Assembly: GCA_031835245.2 (NCBI GenBank)
Contig: JAVKOQ020000036.1
Coordinates: forward strand, 124,001 to 188,000
Source of the DNA: Balamuthia mandrillaris
Taxonomy: Eukaryota
Direction of reading: 5' to 3'
DNA length: 64,000 nucleotides
Shown in pieces: positions 10,535-23,000 of the stretch. The position numbers and the translations under genes are program-made. Numbering within the stretch: position 1 is the first letter of the stretch; the number at the start of each line of letters is the position of its first letter. Below the pieces are notes generated by a model, which searched no databases, was not told where the DNA came from, and worked only from the letters and a program-made list of their open reading frames with translations.

Positions 10535-13500
10535 TTACTGAAAGTCACGAGGAAACGTTTGTTGCCACGACTTGTTGTGAAACAGCTCCCCATTCGCGTA
10601 CAGCGCTCTCTCAAACGCCGCATAAAAGTTTTGCGCATCGGAAGTTACGTTCATCGAAGTGACCAACAAAAGGGTCCTCTGTCCACTTGTGTGACCAGAA
10701 GAAGAAGAGGAGGAATCGCTTGAAGTTGAAGACGAAGCTGAAGAAGAAGAAGAAGACGACGAAGAAGCCGAAGCAGAACTGCTACCATCATCAGGAGGAT
10801 GGTAGTTTGGAGGTAGACCGTTGCATCGACCGCGACTGCCAATGACGTTGGGTAAACGCCCAGTGAATTGAATGAACTGTTTGGCGAGGGAGGTGTAGGA
10901 GGCGACGGATGGATTCTCGTCCGACACTTTGAACTCTTGTTCCAAGTAGGATTCTATCACTCGAGTCTGTTGTTTTTGTGTTGGGAAAGTCGATGAGCAA
11001 AATGAAAGAAAACAGAGAAAGAAAAAGAAGAAAGCAACCAACAAAACATACCTTAACAAAGTACCAATCGTCAGATTTCCAAGTGTAAGTCATGGTTTTA
11101 GTCTCAGCATCCCAGTGGCTCTCCTCCAGATAAGGATGTCCGCCAACATCATACCAGCAGCCATCCTTCCGATGTGCCACTTTAGAGTGAGGACGTGAAG
11201 AAAGCGAAGAAGAAGAAGATAACAATGCAGAAGATGAAGAAGGTGAAGTAGAAGACGCAAAGAATGAATGGAAAGCATCAAAGTATGACTCTTTCATCTC
11301 TTCCTCTTCTCTCTCTTCCATCTCTTGCGTGTTTGTGGTTTGTTGTTCCCTTCTATAATTATCATAATCATCCTCATAGTAGTAGTCATCGTCGTCGTCA
11401 TTGTCATCCTTATCAACAATGATGACAGGCAATTCCAACCAAGTCGAGTCTGAGGAAGAGACCAACAACTCATTCGTCATTGCAACAAATGGTGCGGGCC
11501 AAACCATGGGAAACGCAGCGTTGGAGATGGCCAGGCGAAGACGATGTCCAACAGGGAATTGCCACGTCGTAAAGTGCAATTCGAAGGTGAAAGTGTAGGA
11601 TTGACCACGCTCGATGAAAGAGGGATTGCTGCGAGACTTCCTTTGAGCGCTGTTGAGAAGAGCGCCAGTGACCAGAGTCACGTTTTGTTGTGGTTCTTCG
11701 TTCTCCTGTGTTGATGAAGCAAGAGGATGAACGTCTTCTAAACGAACAACCCAATTAGAATAAATGGGAGATGGGTGTTGGGTGCGAATGGTAAGGGAGA
11801 CTTTGGGAAAGCCGATGATTTCAATGTCTTTTGTTAGTGGCTCTGACTCGTACACCAAGCAACTCTAGTTTTTTGTAGCTGTTAGAGATAAAGATAGCAT
11901 AGAAAAAGAAAGAAGCAAGAAAGAGCAAGATACCTCATCTAATTGTCGCATATCTCCAGTGAGACCTCCCCACGATGATCCCAATTCAATACCTTTGCTT
12001 GCCTTTATTTTAAAGGGTTAAAAAGTGATAGGAAAAAAAAAAAAAAGAGAAAGAGAGCAAGTAAGAACCTTGTCAGGCAAGGAATGCCAGGTCTTCTTTC
12101 CATAAACTTGAGCACTCAGGCCATAGCTCAAGTTTGGATACAGCCTCAAGAGGGCAGTATCTTCCCCGACAATCGGCCATTCGCCATGTCTCCATTTGCC
12201 AGTAAAGTCTTTTGTCCGGTTCTTATCTGGTAAATAACTGTCTCTAACAAAGACTGTAAATCCATCTTCCTGAACTTTCTTCTTCGTTACATCTTTGCCT
12301 TTGCTTTCTTTCATCAACAGAGAAGAGTGCACAGGAGGAGGAGGCGGAGGCGGCGGAGGCGGCGGAGAGGAAGAAGCGGGAGGAAGCCAACGGCGGAACC
12401 AATAAAGGCCTTCACGGAACCAATCGTAACGAGGACCAGGGACAACTTCGTTGGGGAAAACGTCTTGGTTGTTCCAAGGCCCCATTACCGCTTTCACTAT
12501 GGCTGTACTGTTTTTCTGTTTAAGGAGTTGATAGATTCTCGGGACAGCGTCTCTTTTTCCGTCAAACAAACCACCAATCAAAAAAACTGGAATGTCCAAC
12601 GAAGCCTTAGCAGAATCAGAAGAAGAATCAGAAGAGTCAGCCGATGGAGAAGCAGCAGAGTCAGAAGACGATGCAGAAGATGAAGAGGCTTGTTGCATTT
12701 GTGAATCTAAAAGGAAACGAAGACTTTCGTTTCGCCAAAAGGGGCCATCGCGTTGGTGTTGGAGATGAAGAAATAGCCATGGAGGATTGTCCATTCGTTG
12801 TTGGATGTACGCATCGTTGAGAGGATAGGTTGCGCTTTGAGGAAGCCCAGCCTCATGCTCCATGGAGAGAAGCTGTTCTCCAATGTGAAATGCACCGTCG
12901 ATAAAATACGTCATGTCATTATAGAAGAGGTCGTCGGATGGCTGATTGTTTTAGTTTGTCAGTTTGGAAAGGCTAAGAGAGAGAGGCAAGGAAAAAAAAA
13001 AAGAAACGAAAATAAAAAATGAGAAATAAACGTTCAGCAATACGTACATCGACAGCAAGCACAGCCTTCAAAGCGGGTGGTTTCCTCGTCGCCAACAACA
13101 AGGCGGTGGTGGCGCTCCATCCTCTTCCCACCATGCCCACATCTCCCGTCGACCAGTTAAACGCCGCCAGCTGGCGTATGACCTCCACTCCATCACCCAC
13201 CATTTTCGCCGTCAAGCCAGCCGACGGCGGCGAGCCCACTTCCTCCGGAGAGTAGTGCGGGCGCGGCAGGAGGGGGCCTTGGGAGGAGCCCACCCCTCTG
13301 GCATCGACGCGCACCACGGCGAACCCCCTGCGCGCAAAGTAGTCCATTGTGGGGAAGTAGTCCGAGGTGGCAAAGGCCGAGTCATCCTTCCTGCGGTCCG
13401 AGGAGTAGTCCAACAGAATGGGGAACCGCTCCACCGGGAGCAACGGCGTCAACGGCTCTTCTTCGCCATGCGAAGAAGAAGTAGCAGAAGCAGAGGAAGA

Positions 13501-14142
13501 AGCAGCAGAGGAAGAAGAGGAAGCAGAAGCAGAAGAAGAAGAGGAAGAAGCAGCAGCAGCGAGATGGGAAGGAAAAGGAGAAGCAGAAAAAGAACGACGA
13601 CGAGAAAGAGGGAGAGGGAAATGCGAAGGGGGAGGCGTGCCAGGGCGGTAAGGGATGGCGAGGCTGGCGGAGAGGTTGAACCCGTCGCTCATGGTGAGAA
13701 AAGTGGAGAAGATGGCGTAGTCGTAGCGGGGGTCGTCGTCGGCGGGGCCGTCCTGGTTGGCCTTCTCCTCCTCGCTGACCAGGATGACCAGCCCGGTGAG
13801 AAGGAGGAGGGTGCCAAAGACGGCGAGGAGCACGCCGGCGATGAGGGCCAGCCGTTTGAGGACGGAGGCGTTGGACTTTTGGCGGTGGTGAGGGGCAAGC
13901 ACGGAGGAAGGGGAGGAGGAAGAGTAGGAAGACGAAGAAGAAGAAGAAGGAGAGATCAACAGGCCTCCTCCGGAGGAGGAGGCAGAGGCGGCGGCCCTCA
14001 ACGAAGAAGGCGAAGCTGCAGCGGACACGGAGTAAGGCAGCAGTTCATCGTTGATTTCCTCCTCCTCCTGAGCGGCCAGCAGCCGCTCTTCCTCCGTGAG
14101 TAACGCCTGCGTGGAGGCCTCTCTTTTCGTAGTGCGGAACAT
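10535..14142 (-). CDS. CocE/NonD family (peptidase S15 / PepX-like) alpha/beta hydrolase with N-terminal transmembrane anchor; probably catalytically inactive
   Basis: Five exons by hand. TM helix LALIAGVLLAVFGTLLLLTGLVILV, then MSDGFNLSA, FARRGFAVVRVDARGVGSSQG, WSTGDVGMVG, PPALKAV, DGPFWRNESL, and C-terminal PepX_C motifs (YESEPL, VRLEDVHP, GHRLRLAISNA.FP.VWP). Confidence 0.88.
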
Positions 14143-14519
14143 CCAAGCGCTGCCCTGCCCTTCCTTCCTTTCTCCTCAATTCTCCTTTTTTCTTTCTTAC
14201 ACTATTTTTTTTTTCCTTTTCATTTTTTTTTCTAATTGATTTGGCCCCTCGGGTCAATACCAAAAAAAAATTCCCCGTCAAGACGACGCGACCACTTATC
14301 TTCATGACGACACAGCTTATCTGCGCCACTTTTTTTTGCTCGTTGGAAATTTTCCAGGTATTATTTGATCGAATCCGATCTCATTTCACCCAACAAAAAA
14401 AAGTTTAAAAAAAAAAGAAAAAAGAAAGAAAAGAAAAAAATTTGAGTGGTGTTTTTTTTTTCTGTTTGTTCTCCTCTTTGTTTATTATTATTATTTATTA
14501 TTTTTTTTTTGAAAAAAAA

Positions 14520-17500
14520 ATGGCTCAACAGCTGCCGAGCGGAGAAGGAGAAGGGCGGCCTCGTGACATCTTCCCAGAGGCGGGCCACTGCTGTGCCGTC
14601 CCACGCCTCATCCATGCCGCCAGGGCGGGCGGCTCCTGCGAGCACCTCCAGGCCTTCAAGCAGGCCTCCCCCGCCAACGCGGAGAGCTTCCACGCCATTC
14701 AGTACTACCTCAACGCCGTCAAGCTGCATCTCTTTTCTTCAAAACAGGTTTTTTATTTTTTTTTTCATATTTTTATTTTTATTTTTATTTCATTTTTCAT
14801 TTTTTTCGTTTTATTTATTTTATTATTTATTTATTTTATTAAAAAAATAACAAAAAAAAAAACAAAAATGAAACAGTTGCCCATTCCGAAATGTTTTGCC
14901 TGCCAGGAGAGCACCCCGCGGCTGCATGTGTGTCTGCAGTGCGTGCACATCGGCTGCTGGGAGAGGAGGCACCTGCAACAGCATTTCGCTGCTTCCTCCC
15001 ATTTTCTTGGTATGTATTTTTATGTTTGAGTTACTCGTTATCATGCTGGTGTTGTTGTTGTTGTTGTTCTTCTTGTGCTTCTTCTTGTTCTTCTTGTTCT
15101 TGTTCTTCTTCTTGTTCTTCTTCTTCTTCTTCTTCTTCTGCTTCTTCTCCTCCTCCTCCTCTCTTTCATTCTAATTCTTTATGATGCATCGTGCCATCAA
15201 CAGCGGTAGAAACGCTGCAAGGTCATATTTATTGTCATCATTGCAAGGACTATGTTCACGATGACGACTTTGAAGCAATAGTTATTGCAGAACGAAATAA
15301 TGCTCTAGCTCTGCAACAAAAACTTAAAGGTTTCATTTTCATCGTCTACTTCCGCTTCTTCTTCTTCTCATCTTCATGATTTTTTATGCTTACTCTTGTT
15401 GCTTATGTACCAAACAAAAGAACCCGATCCACAAAGAGCAACGTACAAAGACTGGACACCAACGCGTGAAGAAGCCGAACAACTTCGAAAACATTCCAAA
15501 CGTCACACACTATCTCCTGAAATGCTTGGTATCTTCATTCTTTCGTTTTCTTCCTCATTTCCTCGACTTTCTGCTTTCTGTTAATGCTGTTCTTTCTTTC
15601 AATCAATCTCTTAACTCGTGTTCAAAACATAAAAGGATTAAGAGGGCTTCAAAACTTGGGAAATACCTGTTTCATGAATTGTATTCTTCAATCCTTTCTC
15701 CACAATCCTCTTCTCCGCAACTACTTTCTCAGCGATATGCACAATCGAAGTCAATGCATTAAACGGAAACAACGATTACGAGCTCAACGCCAACGACGAA
15801 ACAACCTTCATAGCAATCACCAAAATGGAAAAGAAGAAGAGGAGGAAGAGGAAGAAGTAGAGTTGATGAATGGAGGAAATGTGGATGAAGTATGTCTTGC
15901 TTGTGAGTTGGACTATCTCTTTGCACAAATCTTCTCTTCTTCCTCAACAGGAAAGACGGCTTATGCGCCGCATCACTTCTTGTATAGCATTTGGAAGTAT
16001 AGCGACCGACTGGCTGGTTATGAGCAACAAGATGCGCATGAGTTTCTCATATCTGCTTTAGATGGCATTCATAAACATTGTAATGGTATGACTCGTTCCT
16101 TTCCTTGGTTTTATTCGCTGTTCTCTTTCTCTATTTCCATTCTATTTCCTTTGCTTTGCTTAATCAACTCCAAAACTTTAAACTTAAAAAAAAAAACAGG
16201 AACGTTGAAAGACTGTAAATGCATAGTTCATCGCATTTTTTCAGGCTATCTTCGCTCCGATTTGACCTGTCTCCGTTGTGGTTTTACTTCGACTGCTATA
16301 GACCCATTCTTTGATATCTCTTTAGACCTTCCCAACTATGCCAGTGACGATCGACAACAACGGCCAAAGAAGAGACGGAAGAGAGCATTGTCAATTGATT
16401 CTGCTGCCCCGACTTCTCCTTCCTCTTCCTCATCGCCTTCTTCTTCGTCTGCCTTTGATGACTCAACACCAAAACACAGAAGTATGCATTCTTTTTTTTT
16501 TGTCCTCTTCTCTTTCAATGTCTTTTAGCATTTCTTTTAACTCGGAACTACTAAAAACAGATGATAAACAAAACGAACAACAAAATGAACAACAAAGTGA
16601 ACAACAACAACAAGAATGTACGCTGAGCTCCTGCCTGCGGCGATTCACCCAACCGGAACGGCTTGGCGAGGGCGAAAAGTTTCGTTGCAGTCGATGTAAC
16701 GATACTTACCAAGAATCCACCAAACAGCTATCCATGAAGACTCTTCCCATCGTCGTTTGCTTCCATCTTAAAGTTTGCGCTCTCTTTTTCATTCCTACCA
16801 TTTCGTTTTTTGCTTACTTTCTTCCTTCTTTTTCCTCTTTTCTTGTTCTTCTGCTTGCTCTTCTTCTCGTTCTTCTTACTTCTTGTTCTTGTTCTTCTTC
16901 TTGTTCTTGCTCTTGTTCTTCTTGTTCTTGTTCTTGTTCTTCTTGTTCTTGTTCTTGTTCTTGTTCTTGTTCTTGTTCTTGTTCTTGTTCTTGTTCTTGT
17001 TCTTGTTCTTGTTCTTGCTCTTGTTCTTCTTGTTCTTGTTCTTGTTCTTCTTGTTCTTGTTCTTGTTCTTGTTCTTCTTGTTGTTCTTGTTCTTCTTGTT
17101 GTTCTTGTTCTTCTTCTTCTTCTTCTTCTTCTTCTTCTTCTTCTTCTTCTTCTTCTTCTTCTTCTTCTTCTTCTTCTTCTTCTTCTTCTTCTTGTCCTCC
17201 CCCTCTATCTGCCTTCTTTCTTGCCACAGCGGTTCAAACAAGGGATAACGCCTCGCGACTCCCGCAAGATCAACACCTTCATTCGTTTCCCTCTCAACCT
17301 CAACATGTCTCCTTACATCTCCTCCACCATTCTCCAAGAAAGAGCAAACGCCAACAACAGCCACAGCAATGACAGCGACACCTTTAACTCGCAAGAAGAG
17401 CTCTACGAACTGTTTGCCGTGGTGAATCATAGAGGAGACATGAATAGTGGGCACTATACTTGTTTTGTGCGGCACGCCGATGACTGGTTCAAGTGCGATG

Positions 17501-17719
17501 ACTCATGGGTCACTAAAGCGAGCTTGCAGCAGCTGTGCAGTAGTCAAGGGTACTTTCTCCTTCCATTTGTCTTTTCGTTGTTTCTCTTTCTCTTTCTTGC
17601 TCTCCGTCGTTGTTTCTCGTTTGCTCAAACGCAAAACAAAAAAGGTATTTGTTGTTCTACATCAAGAAGAACTTGGAGTACGAAGCAAACGGCAACAGCT
17701 CCGCTCCCTCCACTTCTAA
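14520..17719 (+). CDS. USP22: Ubiquitin-specific protease, USP22/Ubp8 family (ZnF-UBP + UCH)
   Basis: ZnF-UBP ([36 protein letters not shown]), Cys box [31 protein letters not shown], and His box [20 protein letters not shown]. The last exon, YLLFYIKK, ends in TAA at 17719. Confidence 0.93.
16860..17195 (+). repeat. Intronic (TCTTGT)n/(TCT)n compound microsatellite
   Basis: Directly visible tract in a USP22 intron. Similar tracts occur at about 15050-15165, 21880-22010, 27715-27990 and 48780-49010. Confidence 0.95.
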
Positions 17720-17829
17720 CAGTTCTTCCTAACTGCAAAAAGAAAGAAAAAGAAAAAGAATATCTACTTTTTTTTTGTTGTTGTTGAAAGAAAGAAAGAA
17801 AGAAAACAGAACAAGAAGAGCAAGGTTCT

Positions 17830-18714
17830 TTAAAACCTTTCGTTGAGTCTTGCGCTGGCTGTTCGAAGTTTGGCGTAGACTTTGCCTGGCGGTGATCCTT
17901 TGATGAGTCGAACGATGGCGTCTCGTGCGATCTTTATGTTGGCGAAAGAGCCTAATATGTGAATACGTCTTAAAACGAAAACAGCTGTTAGTGTCAGAAG
18001 AAGGAGATAGAGAGGAAGAAGAAGCAGAAGATAGTTTGTTTTATTCTTCATTGCGAATAAGAGGAGGGGAGAGGAGCAGAGAACAAGAAAAAGAGTGGGG
18101 AAAGAAGGAAGATAAGAAAAAAGGAGAAAGAAAGAGCGAGTGAAGGGAAAAAATGAGATGTGAGGGAGGCAGAGAGATAAGTACTTGTCGGCAAGCACGA
18201 TCCTTGTCCGTGTGGAGTTCTCAATGGCAAACTTGGTCTTGCCGTCTTTACCAGCAACTCGGCCGATGGCTCTTGAAAGATGGTCTCCTTTCAAGGTTTT
18301 GACTGTAAAAAGTATTTGTAGTAAAGTTAGAGAAAAATGAAAGAGAGAGATGGAGAGAAAAGCAGCAAAGACAAACCATCATCGATTTCAAATGTATCCA
18401 CAAACAAGTCTTCCAACCTCAACAAAGCTACAGCGTCCTTTTATTCATTGGGAATGAGAAACTCGCAATTTGAGAGAGGGAAGAGAGAGAAGAGAGAAGA
18501 GAGGGAGAAGAGAGAGAAGAGAGAGAAGAGAGAGAGAACTGAAAACACAAAACACAAAACAGAGAAGAAAAGCTACCTTGATCTCAAAGCCGAGCATAAA
18601 GGCCTTCAAAAAGTCTGCTGCCTTTTGTATAGCTCCTATGTCTTCTGTGTGTTGTGACGTCTATGACAAACGCATTCACGGTAAGTCTTTTGTTATTCTC
18701 TTTTGTCGCTGCTC

Positions 18715-18783
<69 letters not shown>

Positions 18784-18859
18784 TCCCTTCGCTTTCTCTT
18801 TTACGCTTCTCTTTCTCCCTCTCCTTTCCTCTCCTCTGCTCCCTCCATTTTCTCTCTCG

Positions 18860-18899
<40 letters not shown>

Positions 18900-19341
18900 C
18901 TCTCGCTCTCCTCTCGCTCTCCTCTCCGCTTCACGTGACAGAGGGAAGACGGCGTACCCGCAGCTCCACCACTTTTTGCTTGGGGTTCATCCGGATCTGC
19001 AACTTGAGGTGGGTCACGATCGGGTTGTAAATGTCGTTCCAGCTTTGCTTCAACGACGCGAATCGGTGAGGCGGAACTCTGATCTTTCTAAACTCCCTTT
19101 TACCTGCCTTTTTTTTTATTTAATTTTTTAACATCGGTTTTTTTCGTAAAAAGTAGAAGGATTAACGTACGTTCATCTCCATGGGGTTAAGGGGAGGGAA
19201 CTCGGGCGTCTTTGTTTCCTCCCCCGCGTCCGCCGAGTCGACCCACTCCCCTTCGCCTTCCTCCATCGCCGCGGCGGCCGATGTCTCCACTTCCTCCGCA
19301 TCAATCACCGTGATGGTGGCAGCGTTTTCGTCTTGTTGCAT
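17830..19341 (-). CDS. PNO1: Pre-rRNA processing KH-domain protein PNO1/DIM2
   Basis: ATG at 19341. Motifs: FRKIRVPPHRF..LKQSWNDIYNPIV.HLKLQIRMN, LKGDHLSRAIGRVAGKDGKTKFAIENSTRTRIVLAD, IHILGSFANIKIAR, GSPPGKVY.KLR. Confidence 0.96.
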
Positions 19342-19560
19342 CTTTTTTTTATTATTATTTTTTGTTTTTTGTTCCCAGAGAAGAAGGATTATTAGGGTCC
19401 GCTGGCTTGGGGGAGAGGAAGAAGACAGAGAGAGAAGAGTGTTTCTCGTTCTTTTTCTTTCTTTCTTTTTTCTTTTGTTCGCTTGAATTTCTCAGTCGAC
19501 ATAAAATTACATCTCCAGTTCGACTCCCGACGACGACAATTGTCCATAAATCCGAAAAAG

Positions 19561-19606
19561 GATAATGTTGAAAATTTCACGTCGACCTGAAATTTTCAAC
19601 ATAATC
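19561..19606. promoter_or_regulatory. 46-bp near-perfect palindrome centred on GTCGAC in a divergent promoter
   Basis: gataatgttgaaaatttcac GTCGAC ctgaaattttcaacataatc; only two mismatched pairs. Confidence 0.7.
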
Positions 19607-20036
19607 AGGAAAATAAAATCAAAAGGAAAAGAAAAAAGAAAACGAACGAAGAAAGAAGTTTTGCGCATGTTGTTTTGTTTTTTTTTTCCTCAACTTGAAC
19701 TCGCTTCACCCCTGACATAAACATAAACCAGGTTTGTAAAATTCTTCTCTATTTTTTTTTTTTTTGGAGTGTTTTCGCTGTTATATTTTTTTCATTCCTT
19801 GGTATTTTTAAATCTAATAGGTTGGTACAAAGCTATTATTATGAATGTACCAAATTTCCAAATAGGGTAAGAGCGCGTCTCTTCATAAAAGAAGGAAGTA
19901 AAAAAAAGCAACAACAAACAAAACCATACCTCTACCATTGGAAAAGGTTAGAGAGAATAGAGAGGCTTTTCCAAAAAAAAAAAAACGGTATTGAAAAGCA
20001 TTGCACAAAAACAAAAAATAAATAAATAAAGACCGA

Positions 20037-23000
20037 ATGAGCGGCACTGCGGGAGAAGGTTCCTCCGGCGCGTGGAATTCCTCCACCAAACGGCTGAGCA
20101 GGGGCTTCACTCCAGGCATCATGCCCTCCGCCAGGGCCAGGGGCAACTTCGTGCGGGCGAGCGTCACGTTGAAGAAGCAAACCCAGACCAGCCGCACCTT
20201 CTCGGTGCCTCGAACAAGTACTGTTCTGCTTCTCCTTTCTTGCCTGCCATTCTTTTTTTGTGGTTTTCTTCCTTCCCTGGCTTCTCTCTATTTCTTACTC
20301 TTTTTCTTCCTTTTGTTGTTTCCTCCCTTTCAAATAACAGGAGCAAGTTCTTCCTCGTCTAGCTCTTCGGCCTCTTCCTCCTCTCCATCTTCTTCACCCT
20401 CTCCCACCACCAAAAACTCAGCCGCCCTCTACACCATTCCCATCTTCAAAGAGCCTGAACTTCCCGCTTTTCTTCAACAATCCCTCGCTGAGAATGGTGC
20501 AGAGTCTGCGGACTCCTCCTCCTCTTCCTCTTCTTCTTCCTGCTATCCCTCTTTCCCGGTGTTCTTGGGAGGGGATGGCACTCTTTACGACCTTTACTAT
20601 CTCCCCTACGACCCCTCCAAGCCTCACCTCGGCTACATGGAGAGGCAACGCCCTCGCTCCGAGCGAGAGCAGCGGTTGATGAAGGCTGCTCAGAACTTGT
20701 TGTCGTATCTGCAGCAACAAAAGAGCGACAGCAACAACCTCTTCTTGACGTTTCCCAAACCGGAAGACCCTCGCTTCTTCACCATGTTCGACTATGAGCA
20801 GAGCTTGGTGGATTGGAAGAACGAGGTGGCCCGACAGCTGGCCCACCTGCAGCTCCCTGTGGTCATGGGACGATACTACCATCGCCCGCGAGTGGTGATG
20901 GCTGCAGAGACGGCCGCCACCATGACGGAGGAAGAGGAGGAGCAGCCCGCAACACAGAAAACAACCAAGCCAACCCCACCTTCTCCTCTGACCACTGCTT
21001 CCACTCCCTCTCCTCCTTTAGTCTCAACTGGTGCATCAGTTGCTTCTGAGAGCTTGACCTCCCCGCGAACGTCTCTTCTTCGGAGCAACTTTTTGGCTGC
21101 TTCAGCGGCCGCTGCTCCCTCTTCTGCTTCTGCTTCCTCCACGCCTAGTACTTCTTCTCCCGCTTCTGCTTCTGCTTCTGCTTCTCCTTCTGCTACATCT
21201 GTTGCGCAAGAGCAAGAGAAAGGAGGAGGAGCATCGCCAGAAGCAGAGGTCCTTTCTTCCAGTCAACAACAACAACAAGAACAACCTCCGCTCATCCGAT
21301 ATCTCTCGGAGCCGGACCTCTTTAGAAAGCTTCACCAAATGGACATGGCCAAGAAAGCCAACGGTAGCCTATGCGACACCCTCATTCAACAGAGAAGTCA
21401 GGAAGTGACACAGCAGCAGCAAACGCAACAACAAACCAGAGGGCTTATGGGTCAACGTCACCTCTCTTCCTTTGCTTTGCCCCTTGCCTCCTCCACTGCT
21501 TCCTTTTCTGCTTCCGCTTCTTCTTCGGGCGGAGAGGAAGAGGATCCATTGCAAGGCTTTGATAGCGAGGTGAGAAAGTTTACGTTTAAGGAGGATCCAT
21601 GGACAGCGCAGCTCATCATGGCCGAACCTCGTCCCGAGTTTTATGCCACGTTTGAAGGTTGCTCTTCTGTTCTTCTTCTTTGTCGTTGCTCGCTGGTTGT
21701 CCTTTTGCGTCGGCGTTAAGCAACTTACTCTCTCTCTCTCTTCTCTCTTTCATGAACTCAAAAGAATATGAGTTTGCTATGAAACGATGGGCTCATTTGG
21801 TGTCAACAACGCTGCCCCTGATCCCTCCACATCCATCCCAACTGAAGACCATTCTATCTATACCTACTGCCAAAGAGGTATTTCTTGTTCTTGTTCTTGT
21901 TCTTGTTCTTGTTCTTGTTCTTGTTCTTGTTCTTGTTCTTGTTCTTGTTCTTCTTCTTCTTCTTCTTCTTCTTCTTCTTCTTCTTCTTCTTCTTCTGCTT
22001 CTTCTTCTAAAATACTATTTTACACAGAGGGAAGCCCATCAACTGCAGCAACAACAATCCAGAAAGTTTCGCTCAAGGCAACGCGTTAAGAAAGAGGATG
22101 AGTCCTCACCTTCCACGACACCGATCGACCTCAAAGTCCGCACGGTGCTCGTCGAAAACGTGGTCGAAGATCCTCTCTACAACAACTTTGTCTACGCCCC
22201 CACTAAACCCGACGACAGCAACAACAACAATGGCATAACAATAGCCAACAAGTCCTCTTCTTCCTCCTCTTCGTCCTCTTCTTCTGCAAATGTAACTTCA
22301 GATGAGTCCTCATCTTCTACTTCTTCCTCCTCCTCATTAGCTTCTTCAGGAGGAGGAGGAGGAGATAGAGAAGAGAAGAGAGAAGAGGAAACCCTGAAAG
22401 AGGAAAGCGTCTCGTCTGCCGCGTTGGCAGATTCCAGGGCAGGCCATTCCTCCAACAAATGGTTTCAGCTGCCATCACAAGCCCAAGCCATTCTTACTCA
22501 GCAGCTGGACAAGGTTCTGCAATCGAGGCTGAACCAGCGGAGAATGACCAAGTATTATAACAAGCCCGTCCTGCCGCGCATTCATGGCATCTTCTCGCCG
22601 AGCAACACGTGGGAGAGCAGCGCCTCCTTCTCCATGCCCATCAAAAAGGTTGGCCTTGTCTCCTCTCTGCTTCTTTGTCTGTTAGGCGTTGGTTCTAACT
22701 TGACTCGGACGTTCCAGGAAACAATCATCGAGCTAAGAGCAGTGCGTCGTCCAGAGCTGACCGCCAAGATGATAGCCAGCTGCATGGACTGCCCCGCACA
22801 GATCGGCGACCGGCCGGTGGAGTTCCGCCTGCCAGTGGACGACATTGGCCCGCTGCAATTCCATAAGCTCCTCCACGGCGACCGCCAGTACCAGCACTAT
22901 TGGATGAACCAGCTGCGCATCATCCATTACACCTCCCGTCACGACCATCTGCACAGCTGGTACCATCCCACGCTGCCGCCGGAGGTCCACCAGAAGCACC

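Noticed and set aside
16775..17475. ORFs encoding poly-F/L, poly-E/Q, poly-K/N or (SC)n proteins (also 27660-28034, 48498-49140, 18584-19131)
   Set aside because: They are stop-free translations of intronic microsatellites, not genes.
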